A stretch of DNA of 64,000 nt from Octopus vulgaris (taxonomy: Eukaryota): the NCBI GenBank assembly GCA_951406725.2, contig OX597838.1, forward strand, positions 31,806,001 to 31,870,000. Reading direction: 5' to 3'. Positions 38,241 to 50,037 of the stretch are shown piece by piece; position 1 is the stretch's first letter; each line of letters begins with the position of its first letter. The translations under genes were made by a program, and so were the position numbers. The notes beneath the pieces were generated by a model. The model saw only the letters and a list, made by a program, of their open reading frames with translations. It had not been told where the DNA came from and ran no database searches.

Positions 38241-38670
38241 CCCTTTGGTGTTCGCATTATTCTGCCAAAACTAATGCTTTTTCATCCACATTGTTTTGAA
38301 CTAAACATGCATCATCTTGTAGCTGTATGATTTTGATGAGGTAGCGTGGGCATGGCTGTGTGGTTAGGGAGCTTGCTTCTTAACTACATGGTTTCGGGTT
38401 CAGTCCCACTGCGTGGCACTTTGGGTAGGTGTCTTCCGCTATAGCCCCGAGCTGACCGGAGCTTTGTGATTGAATTCGGTAGGCGGAAGTTACTGCCGTG
38501 TGTGTATATGTGCGTGTAGGTGCTTGTGCCTCTCCGAAAGAGAGAGAAGGTAGCTGTTAATTTTAAAAACGATATTGTAGGGTTGGTGTGAGAGACCAGA
38601 TCTGGCCAGTTTGACCATAAAACAGGCAGAATACTTATGGCCGGATATGGCCGGTTTAAATGCTAGAGGA
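38241..38670. mobile_element. TTAA MITE family D containing a SINE A head insertion (~38343-38548)
   Basis: MITE halves colinear with 43762-43982; GAGGTAGC/AAGGTAGC on either side of the insert. Confidence 0.8.
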
Positions 38671-39014
38671 TTAAAGGGGGATCACTGTCCTAAAAGCAAT
38701 TCCTGGACACATCAGACTGCAGCCTTATATAGTAATGGTCAGAGACTGAGTTTTAACAATGAGCAGCTCTTGGAGAACTGGACTCAGTAAAGTTTGTCTC
38801 TTGCTATGCATGTCTGTCTGCCTCTGTCTTCTCCTTTCTCTCTCCATTTGTTTGTCTGTCTTTCTCTCTTGTCCCCCTCTTCATTCTATATATGTATTTG
38901 TTTGTCTTTCATAATCTTTCTCTCTATATACCCCCACCCCCACACACACATGCATGTATATACATATTTACAAATACACGACACCCTGATTTATGCTGTA
39001 CCTTTCTATTCCAG

Positions 39015-39060
39015 TCTGCTCGTATCCTGGTTAGTGAACCTCGTATGTTTATATCAGAAG
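39015..39060 (+). CDS. BLTP2: BLTP2 exon 5: SARILVSEPRMFISE(G)
   Basis: ctttctattccag|TCT ... GAAG|gtatat; phase 0->1; 46 nt; length fits recalled human AITVDVWTLHAELHEG. Confidence 0.82.
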
Positions 39061-39182
39061 GTATATATAATTCTCTTATTTGTTTCTCTATCGTTTGACT
39101 GAGGCCATGCTGGAGCACCACCTTTCAAATGACTTTATAAACTATATCTATGCATAAAATATATCACATCTGCACCACTGTG

Positions 39183-39236
<54 letters not shown>

Positions 39237-39432
39237 GTCTCTCTCTCTGTCTCTCTCCCCCTCTCTCTCTCTCTCTCTCTCTCTAGTGTTTCTACACTTT
39301 ATTAATCAAGTTACATGACTGGTTCAGGATACAAGTTAATCTGAGAAAAAAAAATCACCAATTGGTCCTGAAACCAGTTATTGACTCACATGATCCCCTT
39401 AAAATTCTCGGGTACTACTGCAATATCATACT

Positions 39433-39642
39433 CCCTTTTACTCTTTTACTTGTTTCAGTCATTTGACTGCGGCCATGCTGGAGCACCGCCTTTAATCGAG
39501 CAACTCGACCCCGGGACTTATTCTTTTGTAAGCCCAGTACTTATTCTATCGGTATCTTTTGCCGAACCGCTAAGTAACGGGGATGTAAACACACCAGCAT
39601 CGGTTGTCAAGCAATGCTATGGGGGCAAACACAGACACACAA

Positions 39643-39675
<33 letters not shown>

Positions 39676-39829
39676 CATATATACAACGGGCTTCTTTCAG
39701 TTTCTGTCTACCAAATCCACTCACAAGGCTTTGGTTGGCCCGAGGCTATAGTGGTGCCATGCAGTGGGACTGAACCCGGAACCATGTGGTTCGTAAGCAA
39801 GCTACTTACCACAGAGCCACTCCTACGCC
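39433..39829 (-). mobile_element. SINE family A
   Basis: Near consensus with a small internal deletion. Confidence 0.87.
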
Positions 39830-40267
39830 TTATTATTTATTCAATAGTCTTATTTGAACTGCACCTTTGAGCACACCTTGGTACAATTTGATTACATTCT
39901 GTGTTTTGTTTTAATATTTTTTCTTACATTGAAAGTATTCCACATAACGTGTGTGTATACACCAATGCTGGTGCTCTTCCTACTTCAATATAATTGACTT
40001 TTCCCTCCTGTTCCCTACCATTAAATCTCTGGTTTTGTGTTTATGTTACAATTTATCCATATTCTTGTTGTTGTTTGCCAGGAACAATCATATTTCACTC
40101 AATTCTCTTTAGAAAGTGATGTCTTTCAAGATTACTTTTTATTGTTGTTGTTGTTATTATCAGCAAAGGACTTTTGAATATTTAAATATCCACCCTATGA
40201 CCTGGAGTAGAAAAGAAGACTCATTATTTACACTGGACAGACAGGCGTCCTCACTTTGTTTGTTGTT

Positions 40268-40313
40268 ACCACAACGTTTCAGCTGTTGTACTGTCCAGCC
40301 TTCATCAGGTGTT
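40268..40313 (-). ncRNA. Putative minimal type I hammerhead ribozyme motif
   Basis: AACAC-CTGATGA-A-GGCTG(loop)CAGCT-GAAA-CG-TT-GTGGT. Confidence 0.5.
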
Positions 40314-40505
40314 GCTGTTATTTTTCCTGTTGATACTATGTTCCCAAGTCCCTGCCTGGAATTGAACTCAGAATCCAAGGTTTAGTACCCTGTGCTCTTA
40401 TCCACTACACTATATGCCTGTAGCATCAGCAAAAAAGAATACGTTAGGAATGAGAACAGAGTACCCCATTAGTCAAATAAAGGGTCGGGTTAAAAATTCC
40501 ACCAG

Positions 40506-40551
40506 GACACCTGATGAAGGCTGGAGAGTACATCAGCTGAAACGTTGTGAT
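40506..40551 (+). ncRNA. Putative minimal type I hammerhead ribozyme motif
   Basis: GACAC-CTGATGA-A-GGCTGG(AGAGTACA)TCAGCT-GAAA-CG-TT-GTGAT. Confidence 0.5.
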
Positions 40552-40679
40552 AACAACAAACAAGGTAAGGACACCTATCCATCCATTGTGAATAATAAAC
40601 ATAATTCTTCCCTCAAAAATATAGAATAATAAACAAGGTTCCTCATGAATATTTTCTATTGTGTAACATTCAGGTTGAA

Positions 40680-41285
40680 CTCTTTAACAATCATTATAAT
40701 GAAGGCGTTAGACTTGACGACACTCAATATAAAGTATTTGTATAGTGCAGTGTGTCTTGTCTAAGATTTATCACTTTAGCAATCATGATAATGCTAGTAT
40801 TAGATGTGTTGATGTATCTCTATAGAGAAGAGGGTTTTGTTTATGGTTTAACACTTTAGCAATCTTAATAATCTTTTCTACTCTAGGCACAAGGCCTGAA
40901 ATTTTGGGGGAGGGGACCAGTTGATTAGATCGACCCTAGTACACAATTGGTACTTAATTTATTGACCCCGAAAAGATGAAAAGCAAAGTCGATCTTGGCG
41001 GAATTTTAACTCAGTACATAAAGACCGATGAAATACCGCTAACCATTTTTGCCCGGCGAGCTGGCAGAAATGTTAGCACGTTAACAATCTTAATAATGAT
41101 GGTATTAGATATGTTGATGTATTTATGCCGAGTAGAGGGGCTTGCTTAAGGTCTAACACTTTAGTAACCATAATACTAATAGTTTTATGTTGATGTATTC
41201 ATATAGAGTAGAGGGCCTTGCCTAGGGTTTAACACTTCAGCAATCATAACAGTGATAGTATTAAATGTGTTGATGTATTTATTTG
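40680..41285. repeat. Degenerate ~75-nt tandem repeat interrupted by a SINE C (-, 40872-41080)
   Basis: Unit AACACTTTAGCAATC..GTATTAGATGTGTTGATGTAT..AGAGGG. Confidence 0.75.
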
Positions 41286-41409
41286 AAGTTCCTTTGTCCA
41301 AACAATGGAAAAAGGATTTCTGCTGAAAATCATTGAAGAAACATAGCAATCCGTACTGTGATAATTAAATGGTCAATATTTTAATCATTCAACTGGTTTT
41401 TGCTTTCAG

Positions 41410-41457
41410 GTTTTCTTAGAAGTATTCCAAAAGTAAAGATGAAAACAGTTGCTGAAG
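41410..41457 (+). CDS. BLTP2: BLTP2 exon 6: (G)FLRSIPKVKMKTVAE
   Basis: ttttgctttcag|GT ... GAAG|gtagga; phase 1->1; 48 nt. Confidence 0.82.
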
Positions 41458-41681
41458 GTAGGATATATCTTCATCTTAAGGTCTTCATCCTTCTTATTCT
41501 TCATGACTAATTACACTCTAAATGATCCACAGATACTGTAGCAGATGATATCTAGACAAACTTTGTGTGTGTGTGTATGTGTATGTGTGTGTGTATGTGT
41601 GTGTGTGTATATGTGTGTATATATGTGTGTGTGTATATATATATATATGTGTATATATATATGTGTGTGTGTATATATATA

Positions 41682-41726
<45 letters not shown>

Positions 41727-41962
41727 GGCGGTACTGGCCATTGCCAGTACAGCCAGACTGGCCCTCGTGCCAGTGGCACATAAAAAGCACCCATTACACT
41801 CTCGGAGTAGTTGGCGTTAGGAAGGACATCCAGCTGTAGAAACTCTGCCAGATCAGATTGGAGCCTGGTGCAGCCATCTGGTTTGCCAGACCTCAGTCAA
41901 ATCATCCAACCCATGCTAGCATGGAAAGCGGACGTTAAACGATGACGATGATGATAATGATA
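41727..41962 (+). mobile_element. RTE LINE 3' end (family B)
   Basis: Conserved end and GAT tail. Confidence 0.85.
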
Positions 41963-42004
41963 TGCATATACATATATATATGTGTGTATGTATATGTTTT
42001 GTGG

Positions 42005-42296
42005 TATGCTAAGGAGCAGTGCACAGTACCAGAATTTTTGACTTGAGTTAAATCTAACAAACTACTCCAAATCATTGTTAGTGTCTGCATGAATGGAATC
42101 AAGCCTGGCCAGTTTATACTGACACCAAGTTTGTATTAGTTGTAATAATCAAGTCAAACCAAATAGTGACATGTTTGAAATTATTTAATATATTTCAGGT
42201 TTGTGTAATATATAATATGAAATGCATCCATTATGTAAGCCTGCCAATCTAACAGCGATTTGGAGCAGTTATATTTGACTTGAGTCAAAAATTCTG

Positions 42297-42297
<1 letters not shown>
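42005..42297. mobile_element. Foldback-like/MITE copy related to 32806-33600
   Basis: Inverted ends ACCAGAATTTTTGACTTGAG / GACTTGAGTCAAAAATTCTGGT. Confidence 0.65.
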
Positions 42298-42338
<41 letters not shown>

Positions 42339-42541
42339 TGTTTTGTTTGGTCACTTTGCAAGTGAGTTGAGGGTGTGTGCAGAGACATGTAGTTTGGGGT
42401 TGGTCTGTGAGTGAGTATGGGGTATATATGGTTTGGATTTAGTGGTCATTTTGCAAGTGAAGAGCTCATGTGGTTTAGGACTGGTCACTGAGTAAGTGAG
42501 AGAGAGTGGTGTGGATTCAGTTTGCTGGTCACTTTAGTATA

Positions 42542-42720
42542 TACAAGGGGGTGCTAAAAAGTTCCTCGCCTTAAGGGTATGGAGGCTCAGTATTCCGAGT
42601 TCTTTTACAGGGTTTAGGAAAACAGAAGGACCACTGCATTAATTATGTGAATCTGAGAGGGGAATATGTTGGATAAAATCATAATTAACTGACCCTCCAG
42701 TATTTTTTTTTTACCCAAAC
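42542..42720 (+). mobile_element. Mariner-like remnant
   Basis: TA-CAAGGGGGTGCTAAAAAGTTCC terminus and a GEYV-like transposase end. Confidence 0.5.
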
Positions 42721-43065
42721 ACAGCAACTGTCTTATAGAGGACAAGGAGACCTCTATAGTATTGGTTCTATAATAAAATACTCTCTGTAGACATAGTACA
42801 ATAGTTGAGATATGACTGCAGATAACATAGGTTATAGATGACTCTTTCCACTTATGACCTGTCTAACCCATGCCAGCTTGGAAAGCAGATGTACTCACTG
42901 CACTAACCTGTCCTTCCCTAGATCTGTTAGTCTCATTGAGAAGACGTATTTATAGACAGTGAATGACAGTAATTCTTTGCCATTGAAATAAAAGAAATGG
43001 TTAAAGAATATCTTTGTGGCAGAGCTGCCTCAGTTTGATGATGCGTTGTGTTGTTTCTTTTGTAG

Positions 43066-43148
43066 AAACTCCCCCAACTCCTGAATGTGAAGAAATGGTG
43101 AAAGAATCACCAGAAGAAACTGCTGATATTTTTATGATCATTCCAAAA
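43066..43148 (+). CDS. BLTP2: BLTP2 exon 7: (E)TPPTPECEEMVKESPEETADIFMIIPK
   Basis: ttgtttcttttgtag|AA ... AAA|gtaagt; phase 1->0; 83 nt. Confidence 0.87.
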
Positions 43149-43351
43149 GTAAGTACTATGCTTCCATGAAATCTTCTGGCTCTGTGAACTTGTTTCACTT
43201 TTGTTTATGTTTGTGTCCAGAAAATTCACCATCAGACATTTTGCCATATAGGAAAATTCGTTGTAAGATGAAATGTAATATATCAGCAATTTTTTAAATT
43301 GTGAAAAGAATATAGTTTTATAAAACCATTTAATAGGCAAGTCTTTATTTA

Positions 43352-43724
43352 GAAGCTTGAGAGGCGGTTGGATGGAACCTACACTCGCCTCCTTATGAGA
43401 GCTCAAAATCTCTCGTGGAAGCGTCATCCAACCAAAGTACAATTATATGGGAAATTACCACCTGTATCATCTCTTGTGAAAGGTAGGAGAGTCCAGTTTG
43501 CTGGACATTGTTGTAGAGCTGAAAACGAGGTAATTTCTACTCTTCTCCTCTGGAAGCCATCTACTCACAATACCAGAGGGCGCACACTCTCCTACCCTGA
43601 TGTAATCTCCAGGGATACAGGCATCCAGCAACAGGACCTCCGTAATGCTATGATGGACCGTGAAGTCTGGCGTAGCAGGGTAAATTCCATTGTCTCGACC
43701 ACGGTCGAACAATGAGGATGATGA
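43352..43724 (+). mobile_element. RTE LINE 3' fragment (family F)
   Basis: ORF LDGTYTRLLMRAQNLSWKRH...RRVQFAGHCCR...W.P...RGR...DREVWR; (TGA)n tail; TSD TTATTTA. Confidence 0.88.
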
Positions 43725-43761
43725 TTATTTAATGTCAAACATTAAAAAAAAAGTCATTTAA

Positions 43762-43982
43762 CCCTTTAGTGTTCACATTATTCTACCAAAATTAATGCTT
43801 CTTTATCCACATTGTTTTGAACTAATCATGCATTATCTTGTAGCTATGAGATTTTGATGAGGTAGCTGTTCATTTTTAAGATGATATTGTAGGGTTGGTG
43901 TGAGAGACCAGATCTGGCCTGTTTGAACATAAAACAGGCAGAATACTTTTGGCCCGATATGGCCAGTTTAAATGCTAAAGGG
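43762..43982. mobile_element. TTAA MITE family D, intact
   Basis: TTAA-CCCTTTAG ... CTAAAGGG-TTAA. Confidence 0.87.
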
Positions 43983-44456
43983 TTAAAATGAAATTTCTTA
44001 TATTGAATTTTCTATGACAAAAATGTTTATAGCGAAATTTCCTATAACTGTTTATGTTGTTTATCCACTCCAAGGATATTTAGACTGTTGGAAAAAATGT
44101 CTTGCTCTATGTTATGTTTCAGTTCTTTATATTGTGTTATGAAATCCCTTTGAGATTAGCCATTGTATGGTCTCATACCTAGCACTAAAATGCTAAACAA
44201 ACAATTATTGTGGTGAGTGCAAAGTGTCAGTTTTGGTGAAACATCTCTCCAACCTTCAAACCTTAAAATTCCCTTGCTAATGGAATTTGTGCCGTTTATT
44301 TTAATCCTCTTTACAAATGAATAAAAGTCACAGAATCTCATTTCTCGATAAAATTCAAGGAAATCTTTGTATTTTGAGATTTGTCTTGACTTCTTTTTTC
44401 TTAACATTTTCTATTGAATATGTATTTGTCATTGTCTTAATTTTGTCTTTTCAAAG

Positions 44457-44515
44457 GAATTTGGTTTCTATATTTCCAATTTGGCAGTCAGTATCACCCA
44501 GGAAGCCAAGAATAG
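44457..44515 (+). CDS. BLTP2: BLTP2 exon 8: EFGFYISNLAVSITQEAKN(S)
   Basis: Long pyrimidine tract, ttttgtcttttcaaag|GAA ... TAG|gtattg; phase 0->2; 59 nt; bridges exons 7 and 9 and fits the length of recalled human [20 protein letters not shown]; AAG acceptor is less common. Confidence 0.78.
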
Positions 44516-45529
44516 GTATTGTATCTTTTTGTCATACATGTGTATCTGTGTGTGTGTGTGTGTGTGTGTAACAAAAAGTACATACACACACATTCAATCT
44601 TTTTCTTTCAATTGTTTAGAATGCCCAAAGAAATGGCTGGTGATTTTGGTTTACGTAATACACTGATTGCAAATAAATTGCCATGCTGCTGAAACATTTG
44701 TAGCATGTTTTGAACTTTTGCTGACCATTCATCTTCATTTATTACACACACGAATTTCAGTCTGGAATTTAAATCTGAATTATGTAATGTTCATGAAAAA
44801 CAAACAAAAGGCAATGAAGTAAATCCTATGACAGTACTACTACATGGATGCTCAACCGGTTCAGTTTCCCAACTTCATATGTCTTGATTAATTCTCTTTT
44901 AGTGTCTTTAATGTGATGGTCCCAGGACAACAGTCCCAAATTGCAATCTTGATGGTAGCCATGGGACGAAATTGTGATCAAAATTTTTGTCTAGTTATAG
45001 TGAATCAATATCTCATAACAACAACAACAACAATAATAAACTGTTGTGAGTAACTGCTGAGCAAATCATTAAAAGGTTGTGTGTTCAAGCTCTATAACTT
45101 CCAATTTGTGTGTTGCTTGGGAAAAACCAAAATAGCTATTGACTGTCCAGTCTGCCTAGCTGTAAAGCAGGTGCCACAAATAATTCAGGTAGCTGAGTCA
45201 AGTTGCTGTGTGACAGACGAACATATTGTTAGCTTACATTTTGACTTTAAATCTTTACACGAACAAAACCGGCAATAGATTGTGATGCTTCCCCTCCAGG
45301 GAGACAGAGATATCTTAGCTGTTCAGCAATGTAAAACCTGGAATATATCCTGTCATCCCTTCTCTACAATAACAAAAAAGACCACCACTTCCCAGAAATA
45401 GTCATTGTACATGAGAGGAACTAAAAGGAATTTAGGCCCCATAACATTCTAACCACTCTTCTCCCTTCTTCACAGACCAAATATAATACATATATTTTTC
45501 TCTAGAATTAATATTAATTATGAAATCAA

Positions 45530-46050
45530 TTAATCAGTTTAATTACAGTTCTCTGTTATTGTACAATATTCTGTTAATTTACAGTAATCTGATATAGTTT
45601 ATTCTATCTCTTAATCTGTCTGTCTGCAGTAATCTATCTGATAATCTGGTTATGTAATGTAATGTAATCTGTTAATCTACAGTAATCTGATATAATAGTT
45701 TATTCTATCTCTTAATCTGTCTGTCTGCAGTAATCTATCTGATAATCTGGTTATGTAATGTAATCTGTTAATCTACAGTAATCTGATAATGAACAGTGTT
45801 CTTTTTATGTATTTGCTTATGTAAACTTTTTATTAATCTATTATATATAGTAATATATTTGTAAATGTTTAATTAATCTATTATTGTCTATATATAGTAA
45901 TTAATCCTTAATCTTTTCATATGTTAATGTGTACAGTGAGTTATAAATCTATTAATGTCTGTAATGATTCATTCTTAATCTGTTAATGTGTGTTTATCTG
46001 TTAGTCTGTTAATTAATCTCTTTTGTGTGTAGTAATTTATCTGTTAATTG
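45530..46050. repeat. Degenerate AT-rich tandem array (YAGTAATCT core) including a ~98-nt duplication
   Basis: Units start at 45581, 45679, 45775; same core recurs at 47360, 49380 and 49835-50050. Confidence 0.8.
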
Positions 46051-46127
46051 ACAATAAGATTAAAGTCTCTTTTGACCGTTAACCTCCTATATAGAGATTA
46101 AAAAAAAAAATATTTCAGCATTCTGCA

Positions 46128-46281
46128 TGCTGTGTGGTAAGTAGCTTGCTAACCAACCACATGGTTCCGGGTTCAGTCCCACTGTGTGGCATCTTGGGCA
46201 AGTGTCTTCTGCTATAGCCTCGGGCCGACCAAAGCCTTGCGAGTGGATTTGGTAGACGGAAACTGAAAGAAGCCTGTCGTA

Positions 46282-46334
<53 letters not shown>

Positions 46335-46550
46335 TTGTGTACATGTTTGTGTGTCTGTGTTTGTCCCCCTAGTATTGCTTGACAACCGATGCTGGTGTGT
46401 TTACGTCCCCGTAACTTAGTGGTTCGGCAAAAGAGACAGATAGAATAAGTACTGGGCTTACAAAGAATAAGTCCCGGGGTCGATTTGCTCGACTAAAGGC
46501 GGTGCTCCAGCATGACCACAGTCAAATGACTGAAACAAGTAAAAGAGTAA
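46128..46550 (+). mobile_element. SINE family A
   Basis: Near consensus, first ~12 nt absent. Confidence 0.88.
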
Positions 46551-46858
46551 ACACTCTGAAAGATGGAGTTAATTGCTCAAAAAATTATCAACTGCAATAA
46601 AAGTGTAGGTGGTAAGAAACACTCAAAAGAGAGCTGAACAGCAGAAGGTTTTCAGAGAAGAACCCAAACCAACCCACCCACCGTCCCTTAGACATGTGTT
46701 TGCCCCTCCCCATCCTCTTTGAAAAAAGTTAAGAAATACTTGCTGAAACACTTGCCTGATTTGGGATTTTTTCTCTCAAGACTTTTTCTCTACAGTTCAG
46801 CTCTATTTTGAGATTCTTTCTTTCTACAACTTATTGTTGCTGATATTTTAGCATTTAA

Positions 46859-47257
46859 CTAGCAGTATCACCCGGCGTTGCTCGGGTTTGTAAGGGAAAT
46901 AACTATATAAGCATTTTTAGAGAGTTATAGCCAAAAAGTAGCAAAAAAATGCATTAAAAATGGGAAAAAAATGATGGTAAATTTTTTTTTAAATCGTTGA
47001 CTCATCGTAGACATTTTTAGAGAGTTACTTCCCTTATATAATAGCGAAAAAAATGCATTAAAATGGAAAAAAATGATGGTAAATTTTTTTTAAAATCGTA
47101 GACTCATCGTAGATGCACGCTAATACCCAGAAGGGCTCGATATGAATCACGACTATAAGATACCCGGTTTTGGTTAAACTGCACCGCAAAATGTGGGAGT
47201 AGTTAGGAATCTAAATTGCAGGAGACAGACACACAACTTGACTTTTATATATAAAGA
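46859..47257 (-). mobile_element. Non-autonomous Helitron (family E), complete
   Basis: A|CTAG..CCCGGCGTTGCTCGGG...GA|T on + strand; internal duplication. Confidence 0.9.
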
Positions 47258-47439
47258 TATACTTATGTTGAGTATACACTGTCCATTAACATATTGTAAT
47301 CTCATCATCATCATCATTGTTTAATGTCCACTTTCCATGCTAGCATGAGTTGTTTCTTAATATAGTAATCTATCTGTTTATCTATTAAAGTATAGTAATC
47401 TGTTTGGTACTCTATCTATTAATAGAGTAATGTATCTCC

Positions 47440-47535
47440 AGAGACGCAATCCACGAGGCTTTTCAAAGGGCTGTTCTGTTGATTCAGATCAACTGGAACC
47501 CTCGTCGTCGTAACCGACGGAGTGCTTCCATCCAG
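47440..47535 (+). mobile_element. Short 5'-truncated retroposon
   Basis: Flanked by 9-bp direct repeat TGTATCTCC; TCCACGAGGCT resembles TCCATGAGGCT in the SINE at 24963. Confidence 0.65.
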
Positions 47536-47551
47536 TGTATCTCCTCATCTA

Positions 47552-49215
47552 GCATCATCATCATCATCATCATTTAATGTCCACTTTCCATGCTGGTATG
47601 GGTTGGACGGTTTGACTGAGGACTGGTGAGACAGATGGCTGCACCAGTCTCCAATCTGATCTTGTAGAGTTTCTACAGTTGGATGCCCTTCCTCGCTCGA
47701 ATGTTGTTTTTCATGTGCCACCAGCACAAGTGCCAGTATGGCAACGCTGGTAACAATCATGCTCATGGTGTTTTTTATGTGCCACCTGCACAGGAGCCAG
47801 TCCAACAGCACTGGCAGTGACCTCGCTCGAATGTTGTTTTTCATGTGCCACCAGCACAAGTGCCAGTATGGCAACGCTGGTAACAATCATGCTCGATTGG
47901 TGCTTTTTACGTGCCACCGGCATGGGAGCCCTGTCAGCGGCCCTGGCAATGATCACACTTGGATGGTGCTCTTAGCACTCAAGTGCCACGGATGCCAGTC
48001 ATGAGGTGCTGTCATCAAATTTGATTTCGATTTCACTTGCCTCAACAGGTCTTCGCATGCAGAGGTTAGTGTCCAATGAAGGAAAGGTATGCATAAGTGC
48101 GCTGGTTACACCACTGGCATAGGTCACACGTTATGGTCTCACTTGGCTTGCCGGGTCTTCTCAAGCACAGCATATTTCCAAAGGTCTCGGTCACTAGTCA
48201 TTGCTTCGGTGAGGCCTAATGTTTGAAGGTCATGCTTCATCACCTCATCCCAGGTCTTCCTGGGTCTACCTCTTACACAGGTTCCCTCAACCACTAGGGT
48301 GTGGCACTTTTTCACGCAGCTATCCTCATCCATTCTCACCACATAACCATACCAGTGCAGTCGTCTCTCTTGCACACCACATCTGATGCTTCTTAGGTCC
48401 AACTTTTCTCTCAAGGCACTTACACTCTGTTGAGTATGCACACTGACATTACACATCCAGTAGAGTATACTGGCTTCATTCCTTGCAAGCTTACGCATGT
48501 CCTCAGCAGTCATGGCCCATGTTTCACTGCCATGTAGCATGGCTGTTCGTACACATGCGTCATACAGTCTACCTTTTACTCTGAGCGAGAGGCCCTTTTT
48601 CACCAGCAGAAGTAGGAGCCCTTTGAACTTTGCCCAGGCTATTCTTATTCTAGCAGCTACACTTTCAGAGCACCCCCCCTACTGACTTGGTCACCTAGGT
48701 AATGGAAGCTATCAACTACTTCTAGTTTTTCTCCCTGGAATGTGGTAGATGTTGTTCTCTGCACATTTTCTGTTTGTTGCTCCTGAGCATCTACCACATA
48801 CAAAAGCTATCTTCCCAGTTAGCCTTCCTTTGATATTGCTACACCTCTTATGTTTCCATAGCTTTCACTGGGTACATCTTTTAGAGTTTCTACTTACACC
48901 TTTTCTATAGATCGAGCAGGGCCATCTACCTGAAGGCGTTTGTGGTTTGTCTACCTTCCTACTTATTAGGACTTTGGTTTTAGCTAGGTTGACTCTAAGG
49001 CCCTTCGATTCTAATCCTTGCTTCCACACCTGAAACTTCTCCTCCAGTTCTGATAGGGACTCAGCAATTAGAGCAAGGTCATCAGCATAGACGAGCTCCC
49101 AGGGGCATCCTGTCTTGAATTCCTCTGTTATTGCCTGGAGGACTATGATAAATAGGAGGGGGCTGAGGACTGAACCTTGGTGGACCCTTGCAACCTGGAA
49201 TTCTTCACTGTACTT
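47552..49215 (-). mobile_element. 5'-truncated, disrupted RTE-clade LINE (RT C-terminal half, 3' UTR, (GAT)n tail)
   Basis: VHQGSVLSPLLFIIV...YADDLAL (49078-49089)...GLRVNLAKTK; LHGSETW, RRLHWYG, RGRPRKTW; internal stops; UTR equals family B. Confidence 0.92.
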
Positions 49216-49407
49216 GCGACAACAACGAGGAAGACGAAACTTTTTAAACTATGTTTACATGGCAATGAAATAGATAGAATAATGAAAAGCACTAATAAGG
49301 GTTTCTTATCTAAGCATCTTCTGAAATTCGTATTCTTTCAGCGAAGGTACTAAAAATCTATCTGTTTATTTATCTGTTAATATAGTAATCTAGCTTTTTA
49401 GGTATCT

Positions 49408-49820
49408 CTCTTTTCTCTTTTTCTCTTTTACTTGTTTCAGTCATTTGACTGCGGCCATGCTGGAGCACCGCCTTTAGTCGAGCAAATCGACCCCGGGACT
49501 TATTCTTTGTAAGCCTAGTACTTATTCTATCAGTCTCTTTTGCCGAACTGCTCAGTAATGGGGACATAAACACACAAGCATTGGTTGTCAAGCAATGTCG
49601 TGGGGACAAACACAGACACGCAAACACACATACGCATACATATATATACATATATACGACGGGCTTCTTTCAGTTTCTGTCTACCAAATCCGCTCACAAG
49701 GCTTTGGTCGGCCCGAGGCTATAGCAGAAGACACTTGCCCAAGATGCCACGCAGTGGGACTGAACCCGGAACCATGTGGTTGGTAAGCAAGCTACTTACC
49801 ACACAGCCACTCCTGCACCT
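49408..49820 (-). mobile_element. SINE family A
   Basis: Near consensus. Confidence 0.88.
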
Positions 49821-50037
49821 ACTGTTCATATGGTTAATATAGTAATCTGTCTGTTGTTAATAAGTTAACGTACAGTAATCCATTCGTTAATGTATAGTAA
49901 TCTAATATTTTTTATGTATAGCAATCTACTTGTTAATATTTATATGCAGTGCTCCATCTGTTTATCTATGATAATCCATCTGTTTACGTACAGTAATCTC
50001 TTTGCCAGTTACTCTATAGTAATCTGTTCTGTTACAG

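Larger units (their letters stand above)
40170..40625. mobile_element. Inverted-repeat element with a central tRNA-like head and two minimal hammerhead motifs (Penelope-like derivative)
   Basis: Arms ~40222-40327 and ~40490-40596; A and B boxes on - strand at 40347-40418. Confidence 0.7.

Noticed and set aside
43221-43262. In-frame 42-nt candidate cassette exon (KIHHQTFCHIGKFV)
   Set aside because: No homology support and only 72 nt from the previous donor; needs RNA evidence
49342-49346. Possible 5-nt micro-exon (ttctttcag CGAAG gtacta)
   Set aside because: Exon 8 already supplies the phase 0->2 link; inclusion would frameshift
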